Assembly (NCBI GenBank): GCA_016183425.1
Contig: JACPEP010000008.1
Coordinates: 21,048-85,047, forward strand
Reading direction: 5' to 3'
Source of the DNA: Chloroflexota bacterium
GTDB taxonomy: Bacteria > Chloroflexota > Dehalococcoidia > JACPEP01
Length of the DNA: 64,000 bases
The notes beneath the pieces were generated by a model. It made no database searches and was not told the origin of the DNA. It worked only from the letters and a program-made list of their open reading frames with translations. Position numbers and translations under genes: made by a program. Positions 25,210 to 34,685 of this stretch are shown piece after piece. Each line of letters starts with the position of its first letter. Within the stretch, counting starts at the first letter, position 1.

Positions 25210-27054
25210 CTACCTGGGGACTCCGCTGCCGAGACAGGCTAGATTCAGATCAGCCACCAGCTTTTCTCTATCAGCATGGTGGATATTGCAGGCCATGTCA
25301 ATAGTCACCGTGCCAGCCATAGTACGACGGAGGTTATCGTCTTGTAGCATTACAAAGCCGTGCTTGACGAAGACTTCTAAAGCCTGAGGAAAGCGGTCGA
25401 TGAGAGGCCCCACCAGACTGTCCTTGGTGACTTTGAGGGCGACCGGAGGCGATGGCCTAACATCCTTACTGTTCCCATGGGCGACTGGGGTGGGGCGCGC
25501 TTCACCTTCGTACCAGCGTTGGTCTATGGTGCGCCAGATGTTGTAGCCGAAGAATACGGTGGCCAGGAGCTCGATAAAGCCCGAGCTACCCATGATAGGG
25601 AAGAACACGCCGCCAAATATATCGGCCAGGGGCTGGGACACCACCCTGAGTCCATTTCCCAGATTGAGGAGGATAAAGGCAGCCATCATAAAGCCTCGGT
25701 TGTACAGCCGCACTCCTCCGAACACCGGTAAGATACGGTGGGCCATGCCAAAGATCATCATAGTGATGAAGCCTACGGTCAGGGCGTGGCGGTAGGCACC
25801 CACCAGGGAGTGAGTCACTTGGTTGCCAGTGACGCCGCTGTAGATAGTATAGCCAACGGACATCAAGGTGGCCACTACCAGCCAGAGGTAGGCGGCCCGC
25901 ACGAACACCTCGTAGCCCCTCTCCACCCCGGGCTCCGCCCTGTCACTCCTTGAACCCGGGAAGGGATTCAGGAAAGCGACGTAAGAGAGGATAGCAGCCA
26001 TCTCTAAAAGAGCGCCGGCCGCCGCCAGATAGTCGGCAACGCCGCTACTGGTGACAGCCTGCCAGTAGCCACCCCCCACATGGAGGACTATTCCCCCGTT
26101 AAGCATCCAAAAAATGAGGTCAAAGGCCTTTTTGTTGGGCTGCCCCCGCCCCATAAACACCGGGATGGTGCGCAGAGTCATCCCCAGGATTACCATGACC
26201 GCAAAACCCCACAAGCCCAGGTGCAAGTAGGGAGCATTTAGGGTCTCTGGCGTCGACTCTAGGCCCCGCTGTACATTGTACGCTGTGAGCACCAATGTGT
26301 TGGCGGCGAAGGCCCAGAGCCATACGATGCTGGCCACGATGTATTTTTCATAAAAGGTGAAGGGCTGAGGGCTGGCGGCCAGGGTTGCCAAAGCGACGTA
26401 AGCGAAGAGGGACACCGCCGCCAGGACTAGCCCGGTGGAAAGTAGCGTGCTAAATCCTTGCACCTGAGAGGGCAAGACCACTGAGGCTACCCGCAGCACG
26501 AGACCCGCCACCATAAAGAAAAAAGAGCTTCTGGCCAACCCTTGGCTATGGAGGGGTGCTCCTTTCAAACGGGGGATAACGTGATAGACAATTCCCATGA
26601 CGAACAGCCCCACCCAGCCAAAGATCTGGGCAAAACCGTGAGCCTGGGTCAATCCTTTCCATGCCGATGCCGCGGTACCGCTCCAGGCCATTCCCGCTAG
26701 CGTGGCTGCCCCTAGGCTGACCCCGGCAGTGAGGGCGACCACTATGGCTGCTTTGAGGAAGGTAGGGTAAAGGTCCTTTGTCACCCTTTCATCCGAAACC
26801 TCGGGGACAGCGCCATTTCCCCTGGCGACGAACTCGTTAAGCTCTCTGAGGAGGGCTTCCGGTTCTACGTGGTGTACCGTGGCGAAAAAGGCGATGGGTT
26901 CCAGTGGCCCCTTGGGGCCGCCACAACCGGTGAGGCCGTATCTATTGAAAATGGTCACCGTGCCCGGGTAGCGCACCATGACCTCTCGCAGGGTCATGGT
27001 GCGGGTTATCTCTTTATTCATAATGGCCGTTTTATCATGCTGCCCATACATCAT
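25210..27054 (-). CDS. NnrS-like membrane protein with terminal DUF1858/ScdA_N-like domains
   Basis: ~12 TM segments with AHG..QIFGW, HLGLWGF, RHALTVGF; small soluble domains at both ends. Confidence 0.7.
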   Translation of the reverse strand: MMYGQHDKTAIMNKEITRTMTLREVMVRYPGTVTIFNRYGLTGCGGPKGPLEPIAFFATVHHVEPEALLRELNEFVARGNGAVPEVSDERVTKDLYPTFLKAAIVVALTAGVSLGAATLAGMAWSGTAASAWKGLTQAHGFAQIFGWVGLFVMGIVYHVIPRLKGAPLHSQGLARSSFFFMVAGLVLRVASVVLPSQVQGFSTLLSTGLVLAAVSLFAYVALATLAASPQPFTFYEKYIVASIVWLWAFAANTLVLTAYNVQRGLESTPETLNAPYLHLGLWGFAVMVILGMTLRTIPVFMGRGQPNKKAFDLIFWMLNGGIVLHVGGGYWQAVTSSGVADYLAAAGALLEMAAILSYVAFLNPFPGSRSDRAEPGVERGYEVFVRAAYLWLVVATLMSVGYTIYSGVTGNQVTHSLVGAYRHALTVGFITMMIFGMAHRILPVFGGVRLYNRGFMMAAFILLNLGNGLRVVSQPLADIFGGVFFPIMGSSGFIELLATVFFGYNIWRTIDQRWYEGEARPTPVAHGNSKDVRPSPPVALKVTKDSLVGPLIDRFPQALEVFVKHGFVMLQDDNLRRTMAGTVTIDMACNIHHADREKLVADLNLACLGSGVPR

Positions 27055-27159
27055 GTCAACCACCCTCCTGTACCAGATTGTTGGCGATGGGAAAAGGCTG
27101 TTTATAAACAGTCTATCTCAAAGAGATAGTGAGGGCAGTGACTTTTGTTGCGGAATGGC

Positions 27160-27840
27160 CTATTTGAAGGCGCCGCTAACAACCTCTTGCAGGCGCTCTC
27201 GGTCAACGATGGTGATGATGCCGGCGTCCCGGCGCAAGGCACCACTTTCCTCCAAACGTCGCAGCTCGCGCGCCACCACCTCTCGGGCGGTACCCACCAG
27301 AGCCGCCAGATCTTGTTGTGTGAGACGAAGCCCCACTACACCCCCCTGAGGGGCGACCCCTTCAGCATAGGTCAGGAGGAACTTGGCGATGCGTCCCTCC
27401 ACGCTCAGGAGGGCAAGATCAGAAACCAGGGTGACCAAAGAACGCAGCCGGGCGGCCAGGATGCCGAGCATTCCATTGGCTACCTGGGGATAGCGCATTA
27501 TAAGCTGCCGTAATTCGGCGGTAGACAGGAGGACCACGGTGGTAGGCTCCAGGGCCACTACGTTGGCCGGAGTGGGCCCGCCATCAAATACAGGGACGTC
27601 GTTAAAGGTCTCGCCAGGCCCCATGGTGGCCACTACCTGCTCCCTGCCCTCGGGAGACATCCGGAAGACCTTCACCAACCCGGAGACCACAATATAAAGG
27701 CCGTAGCACGGCTCTCCCTCACCCTGTATGGGCTCCCCCCGCCCCACGGAGATGACCCGAAAGCGCTGCTGAACGTCCCGGAGAGCCGCTTCATCCAGGT
27801 CGCGGAAGTAGGGAACAAGGCGGAAAAATTTCCAATCCAT
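27160..27840 (-). CDS. Crp/Fnr family transcriptional regulator
   Basis: SGLVKV..SPEGREQ; LTQQDLAALVGTAREVVAREL. Confidence 0.92.
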   Translation of the reverse strand: MDWKFFRLVPYFRDLDEAALRDVQQRFRVISVGRGEPIQGEGEPCYGLYIVVSGLVKVFRMSPEGREQVVATMGPGETFNDVPVFDGGPTPANVVALEPTTVVLLSTAELRQLIMRYPQVANGMLGILAARLRSLVTLVSDLALLSVEGRIAKFLLTYAEGVAPQGGVVGLRLTQQDLAALVGTAREVVARELRRLEESGALRRDAGIITIVDRERLQEVVSGAFK

Positions 27841-27979
27841 GGGCCAAATCTCCAGTACATTTTACGGCTTTGAGCCACCTTGTCAACGGCTCTCGGGCCG
27901 AGGTCTATTTATATCACTATTCCTTTCGCCCACCATGGCAATAGAGACCTCATAGGGTCAGGGAGGATTCCGACTGAGA

Positions 27980-28663
27980 TTATGCTTCGTCTCGAGGGCG
28001 TTGGGCGATAAGGCCCTCCCGGAGGGCGAAAGTGGCTGCCTGAACCCGGTTGTTTAGCTGGAGCTTCTCCAGGATGTTGTGGAGATGATTCTTCACGGTG
28101 CGGAGGCTGATGTGCAGTTGGGCGGCGATCTCTTTGTCCGCATTGCCTTCGCTGACCAGGGTCAATACCTCTGTTTCGCGGCGGGTCAACTCGGCGCGAG
28201 TGCCCGGAGGACGGTCCTGGCGGCGGGTGAGCTGGGCGAACTCCCTGAGGAGCTTACGGGCCATGGTGGGGGATATGGGGGCTTCGCCTCTAAAGACACC
28301 CTGAAGATGCTCGAAGAGCTCAGTGGCCTTCAGGGTCTTCAGGAGGTAGCCTTCAGCGCCGTTCTTAACGGCTTCGAAGAGGTCTCGGTCATCCTCAGAT
28401 ACAGTCAGCATGACGATGCGGGTATGCGGTATCTCCTCTTTGATAAGGCGGGTGGCCTCTAGACCGTTGCAACGGGGCATTTTTATGTCCATGAGAATGA
28501 GATCGGGGAGGAGTTCTCGGGCTTTTTCCAGGGCCTCCAAGCCATCGGAAGCCTCCCCCACCACCTGGATGCCCTCCTGGGAGGAGAGGAGACTGGCCAG
28601 ACCGTGTCGAAAGAGGGTATGGTCATCCACCAGCAGGACCGTCGTTTCTTCCCTCTCGCCCAT
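27980..28663 (-). CDS. NarL/LuxR-family response regulator
   Basis: LVDDH, LMDIKMP, GYLLK; LTRRETEVL...TVKNH..NILEKL. Confidence 0.95.
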   Translation of the reverse strand: MGEREETTVLLVDDHTLFRHGLASLLSSQEGIQVVGEASDGLEALEKARELLPDLILMDIKMPRCNGLEATRLIKEEIPHTRIVMLTVSEDDRDLFEAVKNGAEGYLLKTLKATELFEHLQGVFRGEAPISPTMARKLLREFAQLTRRQDRPPGTRAELTRRETEVLTLVSEGNADKEIAAQLHISLRTVKNHLHNILEKLQLNNRVQAATFALREGLIAQRPRDEA

Positions 28664-30272
28664 CGCATTCCCTTTCTAACAGCTCCAGGATTACCCGGGT
28701 GCCTTTGCCGGACGCTGCATCTACTATGAGTGTGGCCCCGATTTCCTGGGCCCGCTCCTTCATGGTGGCGAGGCCAAAGGTGTGTCTTTGTTCCTGCGTC
28801 ACACGCTCTACATCGAAGCCAGCGCCGTTATCTTCAACTGTTATTTTAACCTTTTTGGGGCTAGTTTCAAGCCTCAGCCAGACCTTGGTGGCACGGGCGT
28901 GCTTGCGCACATTGGTGAGAGCCTCCTGCACGATACGTAGGATTTGAACTTCCGCCAGGGGGGAGAGTGAGGGCAAGGTCTGCCGCTCCTTAGGGAGCTC
29001 TACCTTCAACCCGGCCCGATCGCCAAAGTCCATGGCGTATTCCTCCAGGGTGGCCGCGAGCCCTCCCTCCGGGGAGACGCTCTGACGAAGGCTGAGGATA
29101 GACTCCCGAACGTCGAAGGAGGCGTCCTGGATGGCCTCCTCCATTTGATGGAGGCCGTCCACCACCTGGTTCCAGCGCTGACCGGCAATGAGCTGCCTCA
29201 GTTCCACCGTTTTTATGCCCAGGAAGCCCAGGGTCTGGCCCAAGCTGTCGTGCATCTCGCGGGCGATGCGATCACGCTCCCCCAGAATGGTGAGCTCCCG
29301 ATTGCGCTCCTCGATCTCCCTGGTTCTTTCGGCGATCCTTTGCTCCAGGTCCAGAGTCCACTGCTCCAACTGCTGCCGGGCAGCCACCTGCGCCTCCAAG
29401 AGCTGGCGTTGAGCCGTCAGACGCTCATCGTTGGCCCGGTTCAGTTGCCGTTGCCGCTCCATCTCGAAGATTCTCAGGATGCGCAGGATGAAGAAAGCGA
29501 TGCCGAAGGCAGCCAGGGTGCGAAACACCTGGGGCGGCAAGCGGAAGAGGTTGAAGAAGGTGGCGTAGTTGACTACGGAGGCGGGAAAATAAAGCCCGGG
29601 AGCGACCACCAGTCCGGCGATGACGGCGTTGAAGGCGAAGGCGGCCGCCGCCAGGGTACTATCGTGCACCAGGCGGGAAGAGCCAAAGGCACGGAAGAAG
29701 CGCCGCTGACTGAGCATGGCCAGAGCAGCCAGGATGGAACCAGGGAAATAGAGGAGGTAGCGGGCGCCGTTATCAGCGCCGGCGAGCCACTCGCTGCTGA
29801 AGACCAGGTAATTGCCCGCTTGGGCACCGTGACACTGAACGCAGGAACCGGTGCCCATTACCGTCTGTTCCCGAGCAATCCACTCCATGTGGGGAAGGAC
29901 AAAGCTGAGGAGCCAGGTGCCGGGAAGCACTAAAAGAACGGCGTAGAGCCAGCGGTGCTTCTGGGTGGAGTTGACGATGAGGTTGACCCCGAAAAACAAG
30001 AGACACAGGCTGGAGGTAACCAGAAGGGCAGTTTTCGCCTGGCGGAAGGGGAGAAGGGTTTCTTCCGGAGCCTGAACCTGAAGAAGGATGAGCATATCCA
30101 ACCATTCCACAAAGCTATGGCTGAGGCCGAAAGCGGCCAAATACTTGAGACTGGGGTACAGGGGCAGGACACTGGAACGGCGTGCCTCCAGGGCGACAGC
30201 TAGACCCATGGCGAAAAAGGAAAGGCCGTAGAAGAGAAAAATAAAGGGGAGGAAAGGGATGGTGATAGGCAT
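28623..30272 (-). CDS. Membrane sensor histidine kinase (HisKA_3) with CxxCH motif
   Basis: ~7 TM segments; ERDRIAREMHD, QEALTNVRKHA, DNGAGF, FGL..MKERA; CVQCH in a loop. Confidence 0.92.
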   Translation of the reverse strand: MPITIPFLPFIFLFYGLSFFAMGLAVALEARRSSVLPLYPSLKYLAAFGLSHSFVEWLDMLILLQVQAPEETLLPFRQAKTALLVTSSLCLLFFGVNLIVNSTQKHRWLYAVLLVLPGTWLLSFVLPHMEWIAREQTVMGTGSCVQCHGAQAGNYLVFSSEWLAGADNGARYLLYFPGSILAALAMLSQRRFFRAFGSSRLVHDSTLAAAAFAFNAVIAGLVVAPGLYFPASVVNYATFFNLFRLPPQVFRTLAAFGIAFFILRILRIFEMERQRQLNRANDERLTAQRQLLEAQVAARQQLEQWTLDLEQRIAERTREIEERNRELTILGERDRIAREMHDSLGQTLGFLGIKTVELRQLIAGQRWNQVVDGLHQMEEAIQDASFDVRESILSLRQSVSPEGGLAATLEEYAMDFGDRAGLKVELPKERQTLPSLSPLAEVQILRIVQEALTNVRKHARATKVWLRLETSPKKVKITVEDNGAGFDVERVTQEQRHTFGLATMKERAQEIGATLIVDAASGKGTRVILELLERECDGREGRNDGPAGG

Positions 30273-30299
30273 GATGCTTCTTCCTGGCCTTACGTGAAC

Positions 30300-30989
30300 T
30301 CAGGTGGCCACTCTGTTCTTGCGCTCCGTTCTTGCTTTGGTTCCTTTATAGTCCAGCAAAGTGACCTGGGTCTGGCGGGGCAGGGTGGCGGGAGACAGGG
30401 CGATGTGAACCTCCTGCGGGACGTCACTGAGGCCCATCTCCTTTAGGAATCGCTCCACCGGCGCCAGGCCACCATCGTATTCCTCCGTGCGGTAGTGCAT
30501 AGGGATGACCAGCTTAGGGTCCAAAAGGCTGATGGTCTCCGCCGCAGCCGGAACGTCCAGGGTGCCCATGCCGCCCACAGGGATGAAAAGAACGTCCACG
30601 GGGGTCATCTCCTGAATCTGGGAGGTGGAGGGAAGATGCCCCAGGTCTCCCAAGTGACAGAGGGTCAGTTCCTCCATATGAATGAGGTAAACGGTGTTTT
30701 TGCCCCTACTTTTGCCTCTCTCAGCGTCGTGGTGGGTAGCAATGCCGGTGATAAACACACCGGTGACGCCATACTCATACTCGTACTCTCCGGGGCCATC
30801 CACGATGTGGGGGCGGCCCTCCACGGCGACCAGGTAGCTATGGTTGGGGTGGCCGTGGCTTACAGTAACGATGTCGGCGGAGAGCCGACCCAAAGGATAG
30901 CCCAGATTGGGGGGAAAGGGGTCGCTGACGATGGTCACATCACGACCCCGAATACGAAAACAGGAGTGTCCCAGCCAGGTTATATCCAT
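30300..30989 (-). CDS. Metallo-beta-lactamase-fold hydrolase
   Basis: ITWLGHSCF, VSHGHPNH, HLGDLGH, IPMHY. Confidence 0.9.
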   Translation of the reverse strand: MDITWLGHSCFRIRGRDVTIVSDPFPPNLGYPLGRLSADIVTVSHGHPNHSYLVAVEGRPHIVDGPGEYEYEYGVTGVFITGIATHHDAERGKSRGKNTVYLIHMEELTLCHLGDLGHLPSTSQIQEMTPVDVLFIPVGGMGTLDVPAAAETISLLDPKLVIPMHYRTEEYDGGLAPVERFLKEMGLSDVPQEVHIALSPATLPRQTQVTLLDYKGTKARTERKNRVAT

Positions 30990-30996
30990 AGACTTC

Positions 30997-31653
30997 CTAG
31001 AGGTTAGGCTTGATTCTTCGGACGAGCATCCAGGCGGAGGGCAGGATGGCGGCGGCGAGGAGTATCTTGGTGAGGTCGCCGGGAATGTAGGGGAGCACGC
31101 CAGCTTTAAACACCAGCCCGCCGGGGAGGTAGTCCAGCCAGGGCCACTGCTTCAGGGCGCTGGCGTAGATACGCTCGATGATGGTAGCAAACTGGGCCAA
31201 TCGAGGGAGGCCAAGAAGGTAGATGGTGTAGTTTCCCAGAAGCATAGCCAGGACAGCCGTCCAATAACGGCGGTCCCAGCCCCGCTCTGCCAGAAAGCCG
31301 ACGACGAAGGCGCCGGGGACGAAGCCGATGATGTAGCCGCCGGTAGGGCCCATGAGGCCGGGAAGTCCAGGAGGGGTGGTAGCGGAGAACCAGAAGGGCA
31401 TGCCGGCCGCCCCAACAACGACGTAGGTGAGCATACTCAGGGCACCAGCTTTGCTTCCCAGCACCGCTCCGGCCAGAAGGACGGCGAAGGTCTGTCCCGT
31501 TATAGGCACCGGCGACCAGGGCACAGGAACGGTGATGCGAGCGAAGAGGGCCGTGATGATGGCAAAACTAACCACCAGCACGGCATCGGATATGACGCCG
31601 GTGCGGGGCCAGATGGCCTGCCTCAGTGTTGCTACACGAGTGGGTACCTGCAT
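30997..31653 (-). CDS. bioY: Biotin transporter BioY
   Basis: SPVPITGQTFAVLLAG, GPTGGYIIGF, PYIPGD. Confidence 0.92.
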   Translation of the reverse strand: MQVPTRVATLRQAIWPRTGVISDAVLVVSFAIITALFARITVPVPWSPVPITGQTFAVLLAGAVLGSKAGALSMLTYVVVGAAGMPFWFSATTPPGLPGLMGPTGGYIIGFVPGAFVVGFLAERGWDRRYWTAVLAMLLGNYTIYLLGLPRLAQFATIIERIYASALKQWPWLDYLPGGLVFKAGVLPYIPGDLTKILLAAAILPSAWMLVRRIKPNL

Positions 31654-31684
31654 TTATCCTCCTTTTGAAGCTAAATAATAGTTG

Positions 31685-32674
31685 CTAATTTCGTCCCCCC
31701 GCCCAGTGCAGGGCTACTGCCCCCCAGCTCAGGCCGCCACCGAAGCCCACTAGAACCAAGTGGTCGCCTTTTTTCAGCCGTCCTTGGTCGATGGCCTCGC
31801 AAAGGGCCATGGGGATAGAGGCGGCGGAGGTGTTGCCGTAGCGCTCCAGATTCATGAATACCCGTTCCGAGGGGATCTCCAGAGCCCGGGCGGCGGCGGT
31901 AATGATGCGATAGTTGGCCTGGTGAGGAATGAGAATATCTACCTGGGATATGTCCAGTTGGGCAGCGGCCAGGGCTTGCTGGGTGGCCGCCACAGTAGCG
32001 GCAATGGCGAATTTGAATACCTCGGCGCCGACCATGGTTAGATAGTGGTGGCCATCTTGGTTGAAGGGGCCGGCGGCACCGCAGAGGCCGGGGACATAAA
32101 GTAGGTCCGCCCCAGCGCCGTCGCTACCTAAGACGAAGCTAAGAGCATCAGTGGGAGGAGGGCCAGCTTCCACCACCACGGCCCCCGCCCCATCCCCAAA
32201 AAGCACGCAAGTGCTCCGGTCTTGCCAGTTGAGGATGCGGGAGTAGACCTCGGTGCCCACCACGAGGACCCGCCGACAGGTGCCGCTGAGGACGAACTGG
32301 TAGGCGGTGACCAAAGCGTAGATGAAGCCGCTACAGGCAGCGTTGACATCGAAAGCGGCGGCCCGAGATGCTCCCAAGGCGTGTTGAAGCTGGGAGGCGC
32401 AAGCCGGGAAGATGCGCTCTGAGGTTACGGTGGCGACTATGATGAGGTCCAGGTCCTGGGGGGATAAGGCAGCCACCTCCAAAGCGCGCCGCCCCGCAGC
32501 CACCCCCATAGTGACCGCCGTATCTTGGCTACCGGCGATGCGCCGCTCTCCAATGCCGGTGCGGCGACGGATCCAGGCGTCAGAGGTGTCTACCATGGCC
32601 TCTAACTCCTGGTTGGTCATCACCCGTTCCGGCACCCACATTCCCCACCCAGTGAGGCGGGCGTAAGGCGCCAC
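31685..32674 (-). CDS. fabH: Beta-ketoacyl-ACP synthase III
   Basis: DTSDAWI..RTGI, NAACSGF, PHQAN, YGNTSAASIP, GFGGGLSWG. Confidence 0.95.
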   Translation of the reverse strand: MAPYARLTGWGMWVPERVMTNQELEAMVDTSDAWIRRRTGIGERRIAGSQDTAVTMGVAAGRRALEVAALSPQDLDLIIVATVTSERIFPACASQLQHALGASRAAAFDVNAACSGFIYALVTAYQFVLSGTCRRVLVVGTEVYSRILNWQDRSTCVLFGDGAGAVVVEAGPPPTDALSFVLGSDGAGADLLYVPGLCGAAGPFNQDGHHYLTMVGAEVFKFAIAATVAATQQALAAAQLDISQVDILIPHQANYRIITAAARALEIPSERVFMNLERYGNTSAASIPMALCEAIDQGRLKKGDHLVLVGFGGGLSWGAVALHWAGGRN

Positions 32675-32707
32675 TTGATCTCCTTGATCCTTGTTCCTAG
32701 AGTCACG

Positions 32708-33853
32708 ATGAGTATAACATCCGGCTATTGCCTATGCAAGGGTACACTGTTAGCGAGCTACACCTTCCGCCGGCTCCGGAGAAGGGACACGCCCAGAGGA
32801 ACCCCTAGGATCCTGGTCGTACGGCTGGATACCCTGGGAGATGTCCTTCTCAGCGAGCCGGCCATCGCCGCCCTGAGACACTGCTTTCCTCAGGCAACCC
32901 TAGATATGGTGGTGAGCTCCGGCGGCCGCTCTCTCCTAGCCGGCAATCCCAACGTGGACTCCTTTATCGTCTATGATGCTCCCTGGCACTCCGCCTGGCG
33001 CGGGAAAAGGGTAAACTGGCTGGCAGAGATAAAACGAGGCTGGTCGGTGCTGAGAACGCTGCGGCGGGCATCCTACGACGTGGGCCTGGAGCTGCGCGGG
33101 GACTTTCGGGATATTCTCTTCCTGGCAGCGACGGAGGCGAAGATGACGATGGGCAACGGCGGGCGGGGAGGAGGCTCCTTCCTGGATCGGGACGTGGCTG
33201 TGAAAAAAGATGCCCACGCCGTGGAACGGGCCCTGGAAATAGCCGCCCAGGTAGAAGCTCTCCCCGTGCATCTAAGCCCACGCCTCTACCTGACCCCCAG
33301 CCATCGGGGGCTGGCCGCCCAGCACCTGCCACCGGGCGGGGAATACCTGGCATTTCACTTGGGGGCGGGCTTCCCCAGCAAATGCCTACCCGTGCCCTAC
33401 TTTTGCGCCGTGGCCCAAAGGCTGTGTGCCCAAGGAGGCAGGCTTCGAGCGGTGCTGGTGGGAGGAGAGGAGGAAAGACCCCTGGTCAAGAAGTTCCTTG
33501 CCAGCTATGGGATGCCCGCCATAGACCTGGTCGGCCAGTTAGAGCTTCTGGAAACGGCCGCCGTCCTGGAGAGGTGCACCCTCTTCATAGGCAACGACAG
33601 CGCTCCCATGCACATGGCAGCGGCGGTGGGAACGCCGGTGGTCACCTTCTTCGGCCCCTCGGAGCCCACTAAGTACCACCCCTGGGGAGTGGTATACCGA
33701 CTCCTGGAGGTTGACTTGCCTTGCCGTCCCTGCGACCACGTTCATTGCGTCCATCCTGAATACCGCTGCATGACTGGCATCTCGGTAGACGACATCGTGG
33801 CCGCCGCAGAAGAGCTTCTTACCCCTGTTTCGCTAGCAGCCAACAGATTTTGA
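32708..33853 (+). CDS. Glycosyltransferase family 9 (heptosyltransferase-like)
   Basis: RLDTLGDV, IGNDSAPMHMAAAVGTP..FGP, CRPC; start uncertain. Confidence 0.88.
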   Translation: MSITSGYCLCKGTLLASYTFRRLRRRDTPRGTPRILVVRLDTLGDVLLSEPAIAALRHCFPQATLDMVVSSGGRSLLAGNPNVDSFIVYDAPWHSAWRGKRVNWLAEIKRGWSVLRTLRRASYDVGLELRGDFRDILFLAATEAKMTMGNGGRGGGSFLDRDVAVKKDAHAVERALEIAAQVEALPVHLSPRLYLTPSHRGLAAQHLPPGGEYLAFHLGAGFPSKCLPVPYFCAVAQRLCAQGGRLRAVLVGGEEERPLVKKFLASYGMPAIDLVGQLELLETAAVLERCTLFIGNDSAPMHMAAAVGTPVVTFFGPSEPTKYHPWGVVYRLLEVDLPCRPCDHVHCVHPEYRCMTGISVDDIVAAAEELLTPVSLAANRF

Positions 33854-33883
33854 GTCCGCTATTCAGAAAGGGGGTGATAGGTC

Positions 33884-34087
33884 ATGTGGCGAAGATGGGG
33901 TCGAAAGCATGGTTTTGGGCCTTTCTCTTTTCACGTGCCGCCCTTTGGCTTCATGTTCTACGGAGGTCGTCCCTTCCCCCGCCGTGAGGCTTATCAGCGC
34001 ATGTTGGAGGAATATCGGGATGAACTCCAAGAGGAGCTTAAGGAGGTAGAAAAGGAGCTTGAGGAACTAAAAGTGGAGAAAGAGTAG
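33884..34087 (+). CDS. Small coiled-coil hypothetical protein
   Basis: GGGGGTG RBS; LEEYRDELQEELKEVEKELEEL. Confidence 0.65.
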   Translation: MWRRWGRKHGFGPFSFHVPPFGFMFYGGRPFPRREAYQRMLEEYRDELQEELKEVEKELEELKVEKE

Positions 34088-34091
34088 AGGC

Positions 34092-34661
34092 TTGGATCGC
34101 TCTCGCATCGTAGACGAGCTAAAGGAAAGCGCCCGCCTCCAAGAGTGGCTGGCCGAACACCTGGCCCCAGATATTGCCCGGGCGGCGGAGGCTTTGGTGG
34201 ACGCTTACCGCAGAGGGGGCAAGGTGCTTTTGTGCGGCAACGGCGGTAGCGCCGCTGAGAGCCAGCACCTGGCAGCAGAGCTGATGGGACGCTTCCGCCG
34301 CGAGCGTCGTCCCCTGGCGGCAGTGGCCCTGACCACCGATACCTCCGTTCTCACCGCCCTGGGCAACGACTTCGGCTTCGAAGAGGTCTTCCTTCGCCAG
34401 GTGGAGGCCCTGGTGCAGCCTGGAGACGTCCTGGTGGCCCTCAGCACCAGCGGCCGTAGCCAAAACGTGAACCGAGCCGTTCGTCGCGCCGGGGAGCTAG
34501 GAGCCACCTCCATCGGCCTGCTGGGAGGCAGCGGGGGGGAGCTGGCGGGGTTGGTGGACATCCCTTTGCTTGTCCCATCAGATGTCTCAGCCCGAGTACA
34601 AGAGTGTCACCTGACCATAAGCCACATCCTGTGTGCTCTGGTAGAGGAGCAGGTCACCTAA
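34092..34661 (+). CDS. gmhA: D-sedoheptulose-7-phosphate isomerase
   Basis: CGNGGSAAESQH.AAEL, ND.GFE, LSTSG.S, RVQECH. Confidence 0.93.
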   Translation: MDRSRIVDELKESARLQEWLAEHLAPDIARAAEALVDAYRRGGKVLLCGNGGSAAESQHLAAELMGRFRRERRPLAAVALTTDTSVLTALGNDFGFEEVFLRQVEALVQPGDVLVALSTSGRSQNVNRAVRRAGELGATSIGLLGGSGGELAGLVDIPLLVPSDVSARVQECHLTISHILCALVEEQVT

Positions 34662-34685
34662 GAAACGTAAGGTTAGAGAACGTCA

